Notes: generated from the sequence alone by a model not told the origin. Shown: positions 17,221 to 29,779, numbered from the stretch's first letter. The stretch is DNA of 47,486 bases from Planctomycetota bacterium (GCA_947501605.1 CANMWZ010000036.1:1-47486), one strand, 5' to 3'. Translations and numbers: made by a program.

Positions 17221-19581
17221 GTGCTGAGCCGCCTGCTGTGGCTTCTAGCAACGCCGGTCCTGCTCGCAGCCGCCGCCACAGTTGCGGCCGTGTTCTGCTG
17301 GTCGATCCTGGCGATCACGTTGGCGATCGACTTGCTGTGGTGGCCGTTCACGCTGCGGCGAGCCGCTGCACCGACGCGCCGTCCGCGCGACCTCTCGTCG
17401 GCGTCGATCGTCACGGTCTCGTGGAACGGCAAGCACTTCCTAGAAGTGTTGCTGCCGTCGTTGAAGTTCGCGGTCGAAGAGCATGGCGGCAACCACGAGG
17501 TCATCGTCGTCGACAACGGCAGCACCGACGGATCCGTCGAGTGGCTCCAGAAGGAGCACCCGTGGGTCAAGGTCGTGGCGCTGTCCGAGAATCGCTACTT
17601 CGTCCGCGGCAACGAGGCCGGCGTGGACGTTGCGACGCGCGACGTGCTGGTGTTCTTGAACAACGACATGGAGGTCCAGCCGGGCTTTCTGCGGCCCCTG
17701 CTCGATGGCCTGCAGGATCCGGACGTGTTCGGGGTCGCTGCCGAAGTCTTCTTCCGCGACGAGCACAAGCGCCGCGAGGAGACGGGGCGAACTCGCGGCA
17801 CGATCGAGAACGGCTGGCTCAAGCTGGCGCACGCCGAGCCGAGTCGCGACGAACGGGAACTCGACTACGTGCCGACCCTGTGGGCCGGCGGCGGGAGCTC
17901 GGCGTTCGATCGCCGCGTGTTCTTGGAGATCGGCGGCTTCGATCGCCTCTACGACCCGTTCTACATGGAAGACATGGGGCTGTCGTATCAGGCCTGGCGT
18001 CGCGGCTATCGCGTGCTGTTCACCTCGAAGAGCTCGGTGCTGCATGAGCATCGCGGCACTAGCCGCAAGGCCTTCGGCGATCGCTACGTCGACAACACGA
18101 TCCGGCGCAACCAGCACCTGTTCTTGTGGCGCAGCGTGACCGACCCGCGGATGACCGCGGCGGTGCTCGGCATGCAGCCGCTGACGATGTTGTTGCGCGG
18201 TGACCGATCGATCGACGCAATCGCAGGCGAGGCGTGGTTTGAACTGAAGGCACTGCTGCGCGCCGTTCCGCGGCTACCCCAGGCGCTCTGGAAGCGCTGC
18301 GCCGCCCGGCGCCATTATGTGCGCACCGACCGCGAGGCGTTCTCGCAGGCCAACTCGATCGCGGCGCAGCGTGCGAGTGGAGCAACCGACCTCGGCACGC
18401 TGCCGACGCCGCAGAAGGCCGGCCGGCGCATTCTCGTGCTCAGTGCCCGTCTTCCGCGCCTTGGCCACGATGGTTCTTGGGTCCTCTGGCGGCGCCTCGA
18501 GACGATGGTGCGACGGCACCGCGTGACGCTGTTTGCCTTCGTCGACAACGAGGCCGAGCGCGCCCATGTGGCGCCGCTCGAAGCCCTCGGGCTGGAAGTT
18601 GTCACCGAGATCCGCGAGACCAATCCAATGCCGGGCAACCTGCATGGTTCGGTGCCGCATCGGCTGTTCCGGGACTACTCGTCGCCGGCGATGCATCGCG
18701 CCGTCCAACGCATGTTGGAAGGTACCGATCACGATCTCGTGCAGGTCGAGTATGTGGAGATGGCGCATCTCGTTCGCCACGAACCGCGGGTTGCTCCACG
18801 CCTCTACGTCTGTCACGAGTCGATGACGCTCGCCGAGCAGCGCTCGGGATCCAGCTCGTGGAGGGTCGCGGCTGCCGCACGCTTCGAACGAGAAGTGCTG
18901 CGGGCCTTCGACGGCACGGTCACCTTGTCCGAGATCGACGCGCGCACGCTGCGGTCGCTGCTCCCGCTGCACTCCATCGCCACCGTGCCGAGTGGCACCG
19001 ACATCGTCGATGTTCCTGAGTTCGTCGAGACTGGTGCAGCTCCCGTCATCGCGTTCGTGGGCTACTTCAAGCATGCCCCCAACGTCGATGCCGCGCAGTG
19101 GTTGGCCAACGACATCATGCCGCTGGTTCGCCAGCACATCCCGAATGCGTTACTCCGCCTGGTTGGTCGGAACGCACCTGCTGCAGTCGCCGAGTTGGAA
19201 CGGCCGGGAATGGTCGAGGTGCCTGGCTACGTCGAGGACATGGTCGCGGAGCTCTCCCGGGCTACGGTAGTGGCGCTGCCATTGCGTACCGGCGGCGGGC
19301 TGCGCGGCAAACTGCTGGAAGCCTGGGCCGCGGGCCGACCGGTCGTGGCGACGCCAATCGCATGCGAAGGACTGGACCCAGAAGGCGGCGTGCACTGTCT
19401 CATCGCGGTCGAGACGCAGCAGTTTGCCGACAGCCTCGTGGCGGCGCTGAAGGATCCGGTGCTGCGACTGCATCTCGGCGCCAGCGGTCGCCTGCTGGCG
19501 CGTCAGCGGTACTCGGTCGACGCGGCAATCGACGCGTTCGATGTCGTCTATGACGAGATGCTCTACGGCGGTCGGCCATGA
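17221..19581 (+). CDS. Bifunctional GT2 + GT4 glycosyltransferase with N-terminal membrane anchor
   Basis: AGGAGG RBS and GTG start. GT2 motifs VVDNGSTDGS, FLNND and YMEDMGLS; GT4 motifs FVGYFKHAPNVDA and KLLEAWAAGRPVVAT. Confidence 0.92.
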   Translation: MLSRLLWLLATPVLLAAAATVAAVFCWSILAITLAIDLLWWPFTLRRAAAPTRRPRDLSSASIVTVSWNGKHFLEVLLPSLKFAVEEHGGNHEVIVVDNGSTDGSVEWLQKEHPWVKVVALSENRYFVRGNEAGVDVATRDVLVFLNNDMEVQPGFLRPLLDGLQDPDVFGVAAEVFFRDEHKRREETGRTRGTIENGWLKLAHAEPSRDERELDYVPTLWAGGGSSAFDRRVFLEIGGFDRLYDPFYMEDMGLSYQAWRRGYRVLFTSKSSVLHEHRGTSRKAFGDRYVDNTIRRNQHLFLWRSVTDPRMTAAVLGMQPLTMLLRGDRSIDAIAGEAWFELKALLRAVPRLPQALWKRCAARRHYVRTDREAFSQANSIAAQRASGATDLGTLPTPQKAGRRILVLSARLPRLGHDGSWVLWRRLETMVRRHRVTLFAFVDNEAERAHVAPLEALGLEVVTEIRETNPMPGNLHGSVPHRLFRDYSSPAMHRAVQRMLEGTDHDLVQVEYVEMAHLVRHEPRVAPRLYVCHESMTLAEQRSGSSSWRVAAAARFEREVLRAFDGTVTLSEIDARTLRSLLPLHSIATVPSGTDIVDVPEFVETGAAPVIAFVGYFKHAPNVDAAQWLANDIMPLVRQHIPNALLRLVGRNAPAAVAELERPGMVEVPGYVEDMVAELSRATVVALPLRTGGGLRGKLLEAWAAGRPVVATPIACEGLDPEGGVHCLIAVETQQFADSLVAALKDPVLRLHLGASGRLLARQRYSVDAAIDAFDVVYDEMLYGGRP

Positions 19582-20093
19582 AGGCGGCGATGATGTTGAC
19601 GACCGACGGGCCGCGGGCGCTGGCATTGGCAAAGAAGCTGCGGAGCGAACTGCCGAACGCGCGCTGGACGGCGTTCGTCCGCGACGACGATCGCGAGTTG
19701 CTGCTACCGGTGCTCGCTGGTTGCGAGGTGCGTCGCGACAAGCCGCATGGCTCCAAGGTGCGGTTTCTGCGCGCCCTGCGCAGTGAGAAGTACGACTACA
19801 TGGTGGTTGCCTGGCACGGCGGCGAGCGGGCGCAACCGCTGCGCGCGGTGGCGCTGCTCTCGGGGGCGAAGGACACGGTCGCAGTCGACGACCGCGGGCG
19901 GCACTTCGCGGTGCGCTGGTGGGCACCGTGGACGTGGGCCGAGCACTTCGTGCGGCGACTGGGGCAAGCGAGCGTGCTGCGCCTGTTGCGGCTGTGCTCG
20001 AACGTCTATCGCGCGACCGTGGGTAGAGTCATCGCGACGGCGGTGCTGGCGCCGGAGTGGCTGCGGGTCCGGCGGTTGCCACCGGCACGGTGA
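19578..20093 (+). CDS. Hypothetical protein, translationally coupled to the glycosyltransferase (weak resemblance to a GT9 N-terminal region)
   Basis: ATGA overlap, host-like codons and an LRALRSEKYD segment. Confidence 0.65.
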   Translation: MKAAMMLTTDGPRALALAKKLRSELPNARWTAFVRDDDRELLLPVLAGCEVRRDKPHGSKVRFLRALRSEKYDYMVVAWHGGERAQPLRAVALLSGAKDTVAVDDRGRHFAVRWWAPWTWAEHFVRRLGQASVLRLLRLCSNVYRATVGRVIATAVLAPEWLRVRRLPPAR

Positions 20094-20099
20094 TCGTCG

Positions 20100-22472
20100 C
20101 TACCGCGAGCCCGCGTGTGCTGGCAGCAACAGCAGGCGCTCGCACTCGGCAAGCAGCCAATCCACATCCACGAACGGCTCCGCGGACACGTCCTGCCATC
20201 GCACCCTGCCGTCGCCGTCGATGAGTACGGTTGCATGCAGCGCCATGCCCTCAAAGTCGTCGAAGGCGCGGAAAGCGCGGAATGCCACGTGGTCGGGGTC
20301 GGCGCAGAGGCGCAGCGAGATGCGCTGGTCCTCCGGCAGCCCGTCCTGCAGTTCGCGCACCGTCGCGGCGTCCTGGTTGCCAATCGCGAACATGTCGATG
20401 CCACGTTGGGTGAACGCCTCGACCTTGGGGCCGAAGGCGCGCAACTGCTCGACGCAGTGGGCGCAACCGAAGCCAAGATAGAACACGAGCAGCGTCGGCC
20501 TGCCCCGTCGGTCCGCAAGGGTGACGCGGGTGCCGTCGGTGCGTTCGAGGTCGAACTCGGGCGCTGCTTGCGGCTGCCAGCGAAACGGGCCCAGGGCATC
20601 GAGCGCCGGGCGGTCGGCAACGTCGGCGGCCGGTGGCTGTGGCAGACGCCAGTCGGTCGGCAGGTTCATCGCCGCGGCGACCTCCCCGAGTCGTTGCAGC
20701 AGCGGAGCATCGAGGTCGGCGTGACCTGCGATCTTCTGCAGCTCCAAGAAGCGGGTGCAAAGCTCTTCCGTCTTGCCGGCGCGGTGCAGGGCGATGCACA
20801 GGCGAGCAAGCGTCTGTGTCTTTGGCTTCTCGCCGAGTGCGGTCGTCAACCGCTCGACTGCCTTGTCGTGCTCCCCGAGCAGCATCTCGGCCTGCGCGCG
20901 CGGCCATGGCGGCGTGCCCGAAGCGCGTTCGAAGTGCTCGAGTGCCAGTTTGCCGTCGTTGCGAGCCAGGGCCGCTTCACCGCGCAACCGTTGGAGCAGG
21001 TCGAACGCGCGCTGCAGGGTGTCATCGTGCTTCTTCAGGGCCGTGACTAAGTCAGTGCTGCGGTCCTCGCGCGAAGCCTTGCGGGCTTCGGCGGCATCTT
21101 CGGCGGCATCGATCGCGGTCGCGCGGTCGCGGCGGAGGCGGTCGCGCAGAGCCTCGGCCTCGGCTAGCACCGCATCGCCCGCCGCGAGGTCGTTGCTGCG
21201 ATACTGCGCGGTACCAAGCGCTTGAAGGCGGCGGACTTGTTCGCCGACGTCAGCGGTCGCCTCGACGAGGCCGCCAGTGCAAGCGGCGATGAGTTCGGGC
21301 CAACATTCAAAGGCCTCGAGCGTCTCCAGCAGCCGTACGCGACCGTAGCCAGCGATGTCCTCGCTGGCTTCGACGCGGTTGCGCTTGGGATGGCGTGGCA
21401 GCGAGACCATGTTGGCCGCGAGTGCTGTGGCATCGTGCACCCGGCCGATCGCTGACAGGCTGCGGCTCAGCCACTCTTGGTTGTGGCCATAGTTGTGGCT
21501 CTCGTACGGCATCACGCGGTCGCGATGCATGAATGCGTGGTCGATGCGGCCCGACGCCTCTTGCTGCCAGGCTGCATCGGCGAAGCGGCCGAGGCGGTCG
21601 AAGATGTGCCCGCCCATGTGCCACTGGTGGGCGATGCCCGGAGCGGTGCGTCCAAGCGTCGCGGCCGAACGCACAGCTCGCTCCGGCTTTTCGTCGTCCC
21701 AGAGGTGCACGCGAAAGTGGTGGGCTGGATGCAACGGCGCTACCGCGAGTAGCTGGTCGAGCAACGCGTCGACAGCACCGTGGCTGGTGATCTCGAGCCC
21801 GCTGCGGGAGTTGCGCCAGATCTGCACGATCAAGAACGCCTTTGCCTCGAGGTCTTCGGGCCACTCGTTGACGATGCGTTCGAGCGCGCGCACGAGGTCG
21901 CGACCCGTCTTCTGGTCGTCGTGAGACTTCGCCCGCTCGATGATCGCTTGGCGCGCGGTTTCGATCCGCGCCGCGTCGCCGCACTGCAACTCGGTTCGTT
22001 CTGCCGCCGTGATCTGGTGGTAGTCAGCAAAGGCGTCGACCCACGCCAGTTCGCGCGCTTGCAAGTCCGCGCTGCGCTGCACGGCCTGCGCCGCGAAGCC
22101 CGAACCGCGCGTGTGGTTCTCGACATTGGCAAGGCACATGCCGAGGTAGGCGAGGGCACAATCGGGATGCAGCAATGCCACTTGCCGGAAGCTGCGTTCG
22201 GCCTCGAAGTACCAGAACCCGTGCTGCTGGCAGATGCCCTGGTCGAAGTAGCGTTGCGCCTCTTCGGAAAGCCCACGCACCGCGAAGTGCACCTGCGGCG
22301 ACAGCCCGCGCATCAAGTAGGCCGCCTGCCGCGGCCCTTCGTCGAACTCGGCGCCGTGGCGCGAGTGACCGAAGGTGTCGATTGGCGATGCCTCGTCCTG
22401 GGCGTGGAGCGGGTGGGCCATCGCCAGCGCGATCGCGGCGGTCAGGTAGGTGCGACCGAGGGTATCGCGCAT
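20100..22472 (-). CDS. Secreted His-rich TPR-like protein fused to a C-terminal AhpC/TSA (peroxiredoxin-like) domain
   Basis: Signal peptide ending LHA-Q. AQRYFDQG..HGFWYFEAERSF, HPAHHFRVH, AHQWHMGGH and HNYGHN, then APEFDL, FYLGFGCAHC and LIDGDGRVRW. Confidence 0.85.
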   Translation of the reverse strand: MRDTLGRTYLTAAIALAMAHPLHAQDEASPIDTFGHSRHGAEFDEGPRQAAYLMRGLSPQVHFAVRGLSEEAQRYFDQGICQQHGFWYFEAERSFRQVALLHPDCALAYLGMCLANVENHTRGSGFAAQAVQRSADLQARELAWVDAFADYHQITAAERTELQCGDAARIETARQAIIERAKSHDDQKTGRDLVRALERIVNEWPEDLEAKAFLIVQIWRNSRSGLEITSHGAVDALLDQLLAVAPLHPAHHFRVHLWDDEKPERAVRSAATLGRTAPGIAHQWHMGGHIFDRLGRFADAAWQQEASGRIDHAFMHRDRVMPYESHNYGHNQEWLSRSLSAIGRVHDATALAANMVSLPRHPKRNRVEASEDIAGYGRVRLLETLEAFECWPELIAACTGGLVEATADVGEQVRRLQALGTAQYRSNDLAAGDAVLAEAEALRDRLRRDRATAIDAAEDAAEARKASREDRSTDLVTALKKHDDTLQRAFDLLQRLRGEAALARNDGKLALEHFERASGTPPWPRAQAEMLLGEHDKAVERLTTALGEKPKTQTLARLCIALHRAGKTEELCTRFLELQKIAGHADLDAPLLQRLGEVAAAMNLPTDWRLPQPPAADVADRPALDALGPFRWQPQAAPEFDLERTDGTRVTLADRRGRPTLLVFYLGFGCAHCVEQLRAFGPKVEAFTQRGIDMFAIGNQDAATVRELQDGLPEDQRISLRLCADPDHVAFRAFRAFDDFEGMALHATVLIDGDGRVRWQDVSAEPFVDVDWLLAECERLLLLPAHAGSR

Positions 22473-22992
22473 CGGCGCAGGATAGCAGCGCAGCGGCCGA
22501 TGCGAACGGGGCGCGCGATTGACTCTACCTAGCAGCCTGCTGCAGAACGCATCCTGGCTGCGGGCGCGGTAGCTGGTCCGCTCTCTCGGTCGCACGAACT
22601 GCGTCGAATCGGCCGCTTCGGCTGCGTTCGCGCTCCTTGATCTTGAACCAGCTCCCGAGCCCTCGGCGACGGCGCCATTGTTCAACAGGCTGATATCGCC
22701 TCGGCGCCGGTCACCACCAGGATCACCGTGCCGATCACGATGCCGAGCGCGCCGAGCACCAAGGTGACGCGAGGCCGCCTGTCCGGGGGGGTATCGCTTC
22801 CGCGCTGAGGCGACTTCCGCTGGTCGGCAAGCGATTGCGCTGTTCGGGATTCCCGAATCGCCGGCGACGCGACCTCCCCCAGCTCCTGCGTTGCTTTGTC
22901 GCCGCGCCGGTGGCCCTGCCGGCCTGCGGTCCGTACAACCTTTGCCCTTACATCGGGCATTGCCCGCACTCGTAGCCCCCGTACCGCGGCCC

Positions 22993-24972
<1,980 letters not shown>

Positions 24973-25011
24973 TTCCGCGCCACGCCATCCTCGCTATGCT
25001 CGGCGGCTCCT

Positions 25012-26592
25012 TTGCGAGGATCCGTGCGCTTGATTCGACTCCTGCACCGCCTCTGTCTTGGCCTCGGCCTGATCGTCACCGTCAGAGCGCAGGAGGGGCA
25101 GCCCGAACTGTTGCACCTCGCCGTCGCCGGTCCGGCCACGTTGCGTTCGCGTCTGTTGCCGACCGATCTCGGGTCGATGTGCAGCTCGGCGGAGGCCGTG
25201 GCGATCTGGGCTACCTACGTCGAGCAGCTGGACGCGGCTTTGCGCGCGTCGCGCGTCGATGCCGAGGCCTTTGCCGAAGATCGCGCCCGCTTCCTCGGCT
25301 ACGCCGGCACCTTCCACTTGGTTGTTTGGCTCGAGCAGGAGGAGGACGGTGTGCACGTGCCGCGCTGGTCGGCGGGCCTCATTGCCGAGCCTGATGCGCG
25401 CACGGACCTCGTCGCCATGGCGCGCGGATGCGAGCAGTGGCTCGCGCGGCTCGGCGCTCGCACTGACAAGGCTTGGCGCGAACTCGAAGTGAGTACGCCA
25501 CGAGTGCACAACGGCCGCCTCCTGATCGTGCTCGGGAGTGCCGAGGATCGCGCCGCCGCGACGGCACGAGCCGAGCAGTTCGTGCCGTTGCCGCTGCCGC
25601 GCAACGAAGTCGCCCATCTCGACATCCAGGTGCAGCGATGCCTGCTGCTCCTGCGCGATCGCAACTGGGAGCGCGGACTCGTCGGGGATCTGGTTGGCAG
25701 CGGACTCGAGCGCGCATCCTGTGCGATCGGCTCGAAGGGCCCAAACGTGGCATGCTCGTTGGGGCTGAACTTCGGCAACGGTCCGCGCGGATTGCTCGGC
25801 TCGCTGTGGCCACCCCGCACCGGCGTGCCAGATCTCGATTGGCTCGTGCCGGCAGACACCGCGACGCGTTTTGCCTGGCGGGTCGACACCGAGGGGTTGT
25901 GGAACACATGGGTCGGAGTGCTTGCCGGTGCGTTCGAGCGGACGGAGAAGGTCGTTCGCAGTGACTTGGAGCGACGTTTCTGCATGGACGCCCAGCGCGA
26001 CGTTTTCGCCCATCTTCGCGGCGATGCGTTGCTGCTGTGGCGGGCCGTCAACCGTGCCGAGGACGAAGGCGACCACGACGCGTTGCCATTTGCGAATGCG
26101 TGTTTGGTGTTGCCCGTGCGCAACCAGGATGCGCTAGTGGCCGGCGCGTCCAAGTTGCTGAAAGCAATCGGCGCGGTGCCGGATGTCGATGGCGACGACG
26201 TCTTCTACGGGCAGTGGGCAGGACTCGGCCACGTCGCGATCGGTCACGGCGTTGCGTGCTTGGCGTTCGGCGAACGCGGCCGCGACCACGTCGATGCTGT
26301 GCTCGAACTGGCGTCGGGGCGACCGCTGCCAGCGGACGCGGCCACAATCGAGGGCGAGGGCACAGCGGGCCGCGGCCGCGTCGATGTCTCGGCACTCATG
26401 GTTCGCGATGTCTACGCCCAGCTCCGCTTGGCCGCGGCGATCTTCGGCGCCGGAGACTTCGCGCCAGAGGTGCGGACCGTCGCGGTTGAAGCGCTGCGCT
26501 GGCAGCCGCTGCTGAAGACCAACGGACTGGAGAGCGCATCGGCGGAGCTGCGGTGGAGCAGGGGTGAGGCCGGGCTCCTCGTGCTGTGGTGA
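25012..26592 (+). CDS. Hypothetical secreted protein (start may be 25030)
   Basis: Long ORF with host-like codons. Signal-peptide-like LCLGLGLIVTVRA-Q. Confidence 0.7.
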   Translation: MRGSVRLIRLLHRLCLGLGLIVTVRAQEGQPELLHLAVAGPATLRSRLLPTDLGSMCSSAEAVAIWATYVEQLDAALRASRVDAEAFAEDRARFLGYAGTFHLVVWLEQEEDGVHVPRWSAGLIAEPDARTDLVAMARGCEQWLARLGARTDKAWRELEVSTPRVHNGRLLIVLGSAEDRAAATARAEQFVPLPLPRNEVAHLDIQVQRCLLLLRDRNWERGLVGDLVGSGLERASCAIGSKGPNVACSLGLNFGNGPRGLLGSLWPPRTGVPDLDWLVPADTATRFAWRVDTEGLWNTWVGVLAGAFERTEKVVRSDLERRFCMDAQRDVFAHLRGDALLLWRAVNRAEDEGDHDALPFANACLVLPVRNQDALVAGASKLLKAIGAVPDVDGDDVFYGQWAGLGHVAIGHGVACLAFGERGRDHVDAVLELASGRPLPADAATIEGEGTAGRGRVDVSALMVRDVYAQLRLAAAIFGAGDFAPEVRTVAVEALRWQPLLKTNGLESASAELRWSRGEAGLLVLW

Positions 26593-26738
26593 GCCGGGCG
26601 AGGGTGTCGAAGGGCACTGCATCCCCGTTCTCTGCGCTGCGCCCGTCGGCGATGGGCGCCACTCGATCGTAGAGGCGGCAGAGACCTAGAGCGCTCATGC
26701 GGGATGGCGAGGTCGCATGCGCCAGACTCGCCGCCGAC

Positions 26739-28136
26739 TCAGGATCGCTTGGTGATTGCGTCGAGCAGCGTTGCTACCAGCTTCACGTGATCCTCTGCCT
26801 TGGGTGGATCGCCGCTGTAAATCGTTTCGATCACGAGCCGACCCTTGTGCGCGTCGATCGTCGTGACGTCGAACTCCAGGCGCCCGTTCTTCATCTGCTT
26901 CTCCTGCATGATGCCGTTGAGCGGCGGGTGCTCCAGAACGGTCGTCTTCGAGTCGGTGATGCGCAGGATGCCCTTGTCCATCGTCTCGTCCTTTTGGTCG
27001 CTGACGCGCTCTGAGATTGCGATCCAGTTGCGGGCGGCGTCCTCGGTGTCGAACTCGATCGCGATCAGGATCGCCGCCTTCGCCTGAGGAGCGGCTGTCG
27101 GCGTCAACTGCACGAGGCGCGCGGAGCGAAGGGTCCGCACGAAAGCGTCGACCTCCGCCTTCGGCAGCATCGAGAGGCCCGATGCGATTTGCTTGCCGGT
27201 GACGGTGTTGCGGGTGCTGCTCCAGACTGCGGGGTCAAAGCTCGCCACGAACCCGTCGAGTGCCGGTTCGACGTCGTACAGCAGCTCTGGGCGCGTTTTC
27301 GGTTCCAGATACCACTGTGGCTGTTGGATCGTCTCGGTTTCCTTCGGTGGCGACATGAACAGGTCCTTCGACCCGGTGTCCGGTCGCGCTTTCAGTACTT
27401 CTGTGACGAAGCGTTCGCCGTCGATGTAGGTCATCGCATTCGCGGCCGCGGTTGCGCGGATCAGGAACTTCGAGGCCTCGCCGTCGAGCATGTTCTCCGG
27501 CACTGCACCGATCGAGTCCGTGAAGGTGTCGAACCCGTCGGACCATCCGCTCGTGAAGCAGACGCGTCGCGCCACCAGTTGCGCGTGGCCTTCGATCACT
27601 GCGCTGATGGCCGTGATCGCGTCAGCCGTCTCGGCTTCGAGCAGGCGCTTCTCGAAGTCGAACTTGCGGTCGTCGATCGCATGGCAGAGTTCGTGAACCA
27701 TCACCGCGCGCAACGCGTGGTCGCCAGTGAGGCCTGGACGCTTCAGCACGCGGGCATTCAGTTCCCAGGTCTTGGCGACCACGAGGAACGACTTGGTGGG
27801 CGACCACGAGTACTTGGCGTAGACCATCGGCGCGTGCTGTAGACCCAACCGTTCGGCTTCGGCGATGGCTTTGGTCTCGTCGGGCTCGCGATGGCGTACG
27901 GAGGGGAGGTTCTCAGCCGTGATCGCGCGCGCGACCGCGTCCGAGTCGACCAGGGTGAGGGGCGGCAGTTCGTCCAGCTTCACACCGAGGACCTTCTCGC
28001 ACGCAGCTTGCGCGTCGCGGTAGGCCGCCTGCACGCGCTCTTCGGTGACGGGTTCAGACTTCTGCTTTTGCGCCGTCAGCGACGCACTCAGAGTCAGGGC
28101 GGTCAGCAGGGAGAGCCAGAGCGGTGAGTGGTGCAT
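26739..28136 (-). CDS. Secreted putative zinc metallopeptidase (gluzincin-like)
   Basis: Signal peptide ending LTA-Q. VMVHELCHAID with downstream IEGHA and Y..G..F. Confidence 0.7.
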   Translation of the reverse strand: MHHSPLWLSLLTALTLSASLTAQKQKSEPVTEERVQAAYRDAQAACEKVLGVKLDELPPLTLVDSDAVARAITAENLPSVRHREPDETKAIAEAERLGLQHAPMVYAKYSWSPTKSFLVVAKTWELNARVLKRPGLTGDHALRAVMVHELCHAIDDRKFDFEKRLLEAETADAITAISAVIEGHAQLVARRVCFTSGWSDGFDTFTDSIGAVPENMLDGEASKFLIRATAAANAMTYIDGERFVTEVLKARPDTGSKDLFMSPPKETETIQQPQWYLEPKTRPELLYDVEPALDGFVASFDPAVWSSTRNTVTGKQIASGLSMLPKAEVDAFVRTLRSARLVQLTPTAAPQAKAAILIAIEFDTEDAARNWIAISERVSDQKDETMDKGILRITDSKTTVLEHPPLNGIMQEKQMKNGRLEFDVTTIDAHKGRLVIETIYSGDPPKAEDHVKLVATLLDAITKRS

Positions 28137-28255
28137 GGAGCGGCGACTTGGACGTGAGGGAGTCTGGAAGTGGTTGGACCGAGCGCCAACGGCTGCGGCC
28201 TGCCCAACCATCCGATGACAGCGTCGCGGACTTTCTGCGGCGGGACCAGATTCCG

Positions 28256-29779
28256 CTACGAGTTCGTTCCTTCTCTGCCTCCGCCGAGGCCCGGCCTCGG
28301 GTGCAGGCCCGTTCCACCACCGCTCTCGCTGCTGCGGCCAGGTGTCGCGGCGCTGGTGGATCCGTGAATGCCAGCGCGCGTTGTCAGGCGCGAGCCGAGC
28401 ACGCGAACGGCCAGCAGGACCGCTGCCCCCGCGGTCAGCAGGGCGAGCCCGACGTAGAGCCCCTTCTGCAAAGCACTCTCGAGGGAGGCATCGAGTCGTG
28501 CGATCGTCGCGGCGACCGTGGTGTCGATCTGCGGCAAGGCGGCATCCAACGTGGCTATGGTCGCGCGAAGTTCGACTGCAGCCGTGCCGATGCGCGCGGC
28601 GGCGTCGCCGTACTCGACGATGTCGAAGGGCCGCCCTGGTTCCGTCGCCGGCGGCGGCGGCGCGCTCGGGTCCTGGTCGAATCGCCGCAGCATGGCGTCG
28701 ACGGCCTGCACGGTTCCCGTCAGCTCCGTTGCGAGCGCTCTGCCGGACTCGATCGTCGAGCGTGACTCGACGAGCATCGAAGCGACCGGTGCACTTGCTT
28801 GCTGCAGATCCCGCAGCAGTGCTGCGCGCTGCGCATCGAGCGCTGCGGTCATCTGTTCGATCGCCGCCTTGCGCTCCTTGCTGAGATCGTCGGTCAGCAA
28901 GCTCGCGGTCGTGGCGATCGACTCGGTGGCTCGCGAGGCGCGGTCGACCGCCGAGAGCGTGGTTCTGACTTCGGGCGAAGTCTGGGCGTTGAGCGTGGCG
29001 AGTGCGAGCTGATCGTCGATCAACGCTGGCATGCGTTCTGCCCAGAACAACATCCGCTCGGTGAACTGGCGCGTCAGCATGACCTCGCGCGCAACGGGTT
29101 CGATGCCGGCGAGCGGATCGATGGTGAGGAAGTCCAGGAGGCCGCCACCGGTAGTCGGGTCTTTGCTGCAGATCGCGGTTGCGAGCTGGCGGAAATTCGG
29201 GAAATCGTCGGTCGCGGTGTTCCGATGGTCGAGGTTCTGTTGGGCCCATGCGGCCAAAGCCGCGCGCAGGTTGCTGATCTGCGCGCTGCCGATGTAGTCA
29301 GAGCAGACCTCCCAGCAGAGTGCTTCCATCGACTCGGCGGCGAGCTTCAGGTGGCGCAGGGGTGCACCCCAGGCGACCTCGAGTTCCCCGGACTCCAGGC
29401 GCAAGCGGGCAGCGTTCACGAGCACCAGCGTGTCGAGCAGCCCAGCCAGCGGTACCGGACCCGTTGCCGCCTGCAACATCGCGCGCGAGAAGCCCAATCG
29501 CCACTTCAGGCCTTGGATGCGTGCTTCTGGCGTGCCGATCTCGGTAGCAAACGTGGCGGCGGCAAGGCGCGCCCGTTCCACGCACGAGTCTGCGAGACCG
29601 AGGAGTCGCGGATGCAGCGAAGCAATGGGCTGCAGTCGCTCGCCGGGGGCACCGGGCATCACGACGCGCGCCACGGAAGCTGGGGCCTCGACAACGGCCC
29701 GGAACAGGCCGCAGCTCGAAAGCCCCGGGAGGAGCGCGGCCACGAGCGCGGTGCGCACGGGCGACACGAAGTTGACCAT
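28256..29779 (-). CDS. Hypothetical lipoprotein with long helical/coiled-coil body and C-terminal TM helix
   Basis: Lipobox LSSC, Ala/Leu-rich helical body and C-terminal LYVGLALLTAGAAVLLAV. Confidence 0.75.
   Translation of the reverse strand: MVNFVSPVRTALVAALLPGLSSCGLFRAVVEAPASVARVVMPGAPGERLQPIASLHPRLLGLADSCVERARLAAATFATEIGTPEARIQGLKWRLGFSRAMLQAATGPVPLAGLLDTLVLVNAARLRLESGELEVAWGAPLRHLKLAAESMEALCWEVCSDYIGSAQISNLRAALAAWAQQNLDHRNTATDDFPNFRQLATAICSKDPTTGGGLLDFLTIDPLAGIEPVAREVMLTRQFTERMLFWAERMPALIDDQLALATLNAQTSPEVRTTLSAVDRASRATESIATTASLLTDDLSKERKAAIEQMTAALDAQRAALLRDLQQASAPVASMLVESRSTIESGRALATELTGTVQAVDAMLRRFDQDPSAPPPPATEPGRPFDIVEYGDAAARIGTAAVELRATIATLDAALPQIDTTVAATIARLDASLESALQKGLYVGLALLTAGAAVLLAVRVLGSRLTTRAGIHGSTSAATPGRSSESGGGTGLHPRPGLGGGREGTNS

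Noticed and set aside
22473..22992. Upstream extension of ORF 20100..23117 and the small ORF 22682..22969 with a TM-like stretch
   Set aside because: The extension precedes a clear signal peptide and overlaps the ABC-F gene. The small ORF has no convincing start or RBS and could be a remnant, but I cannot support it.
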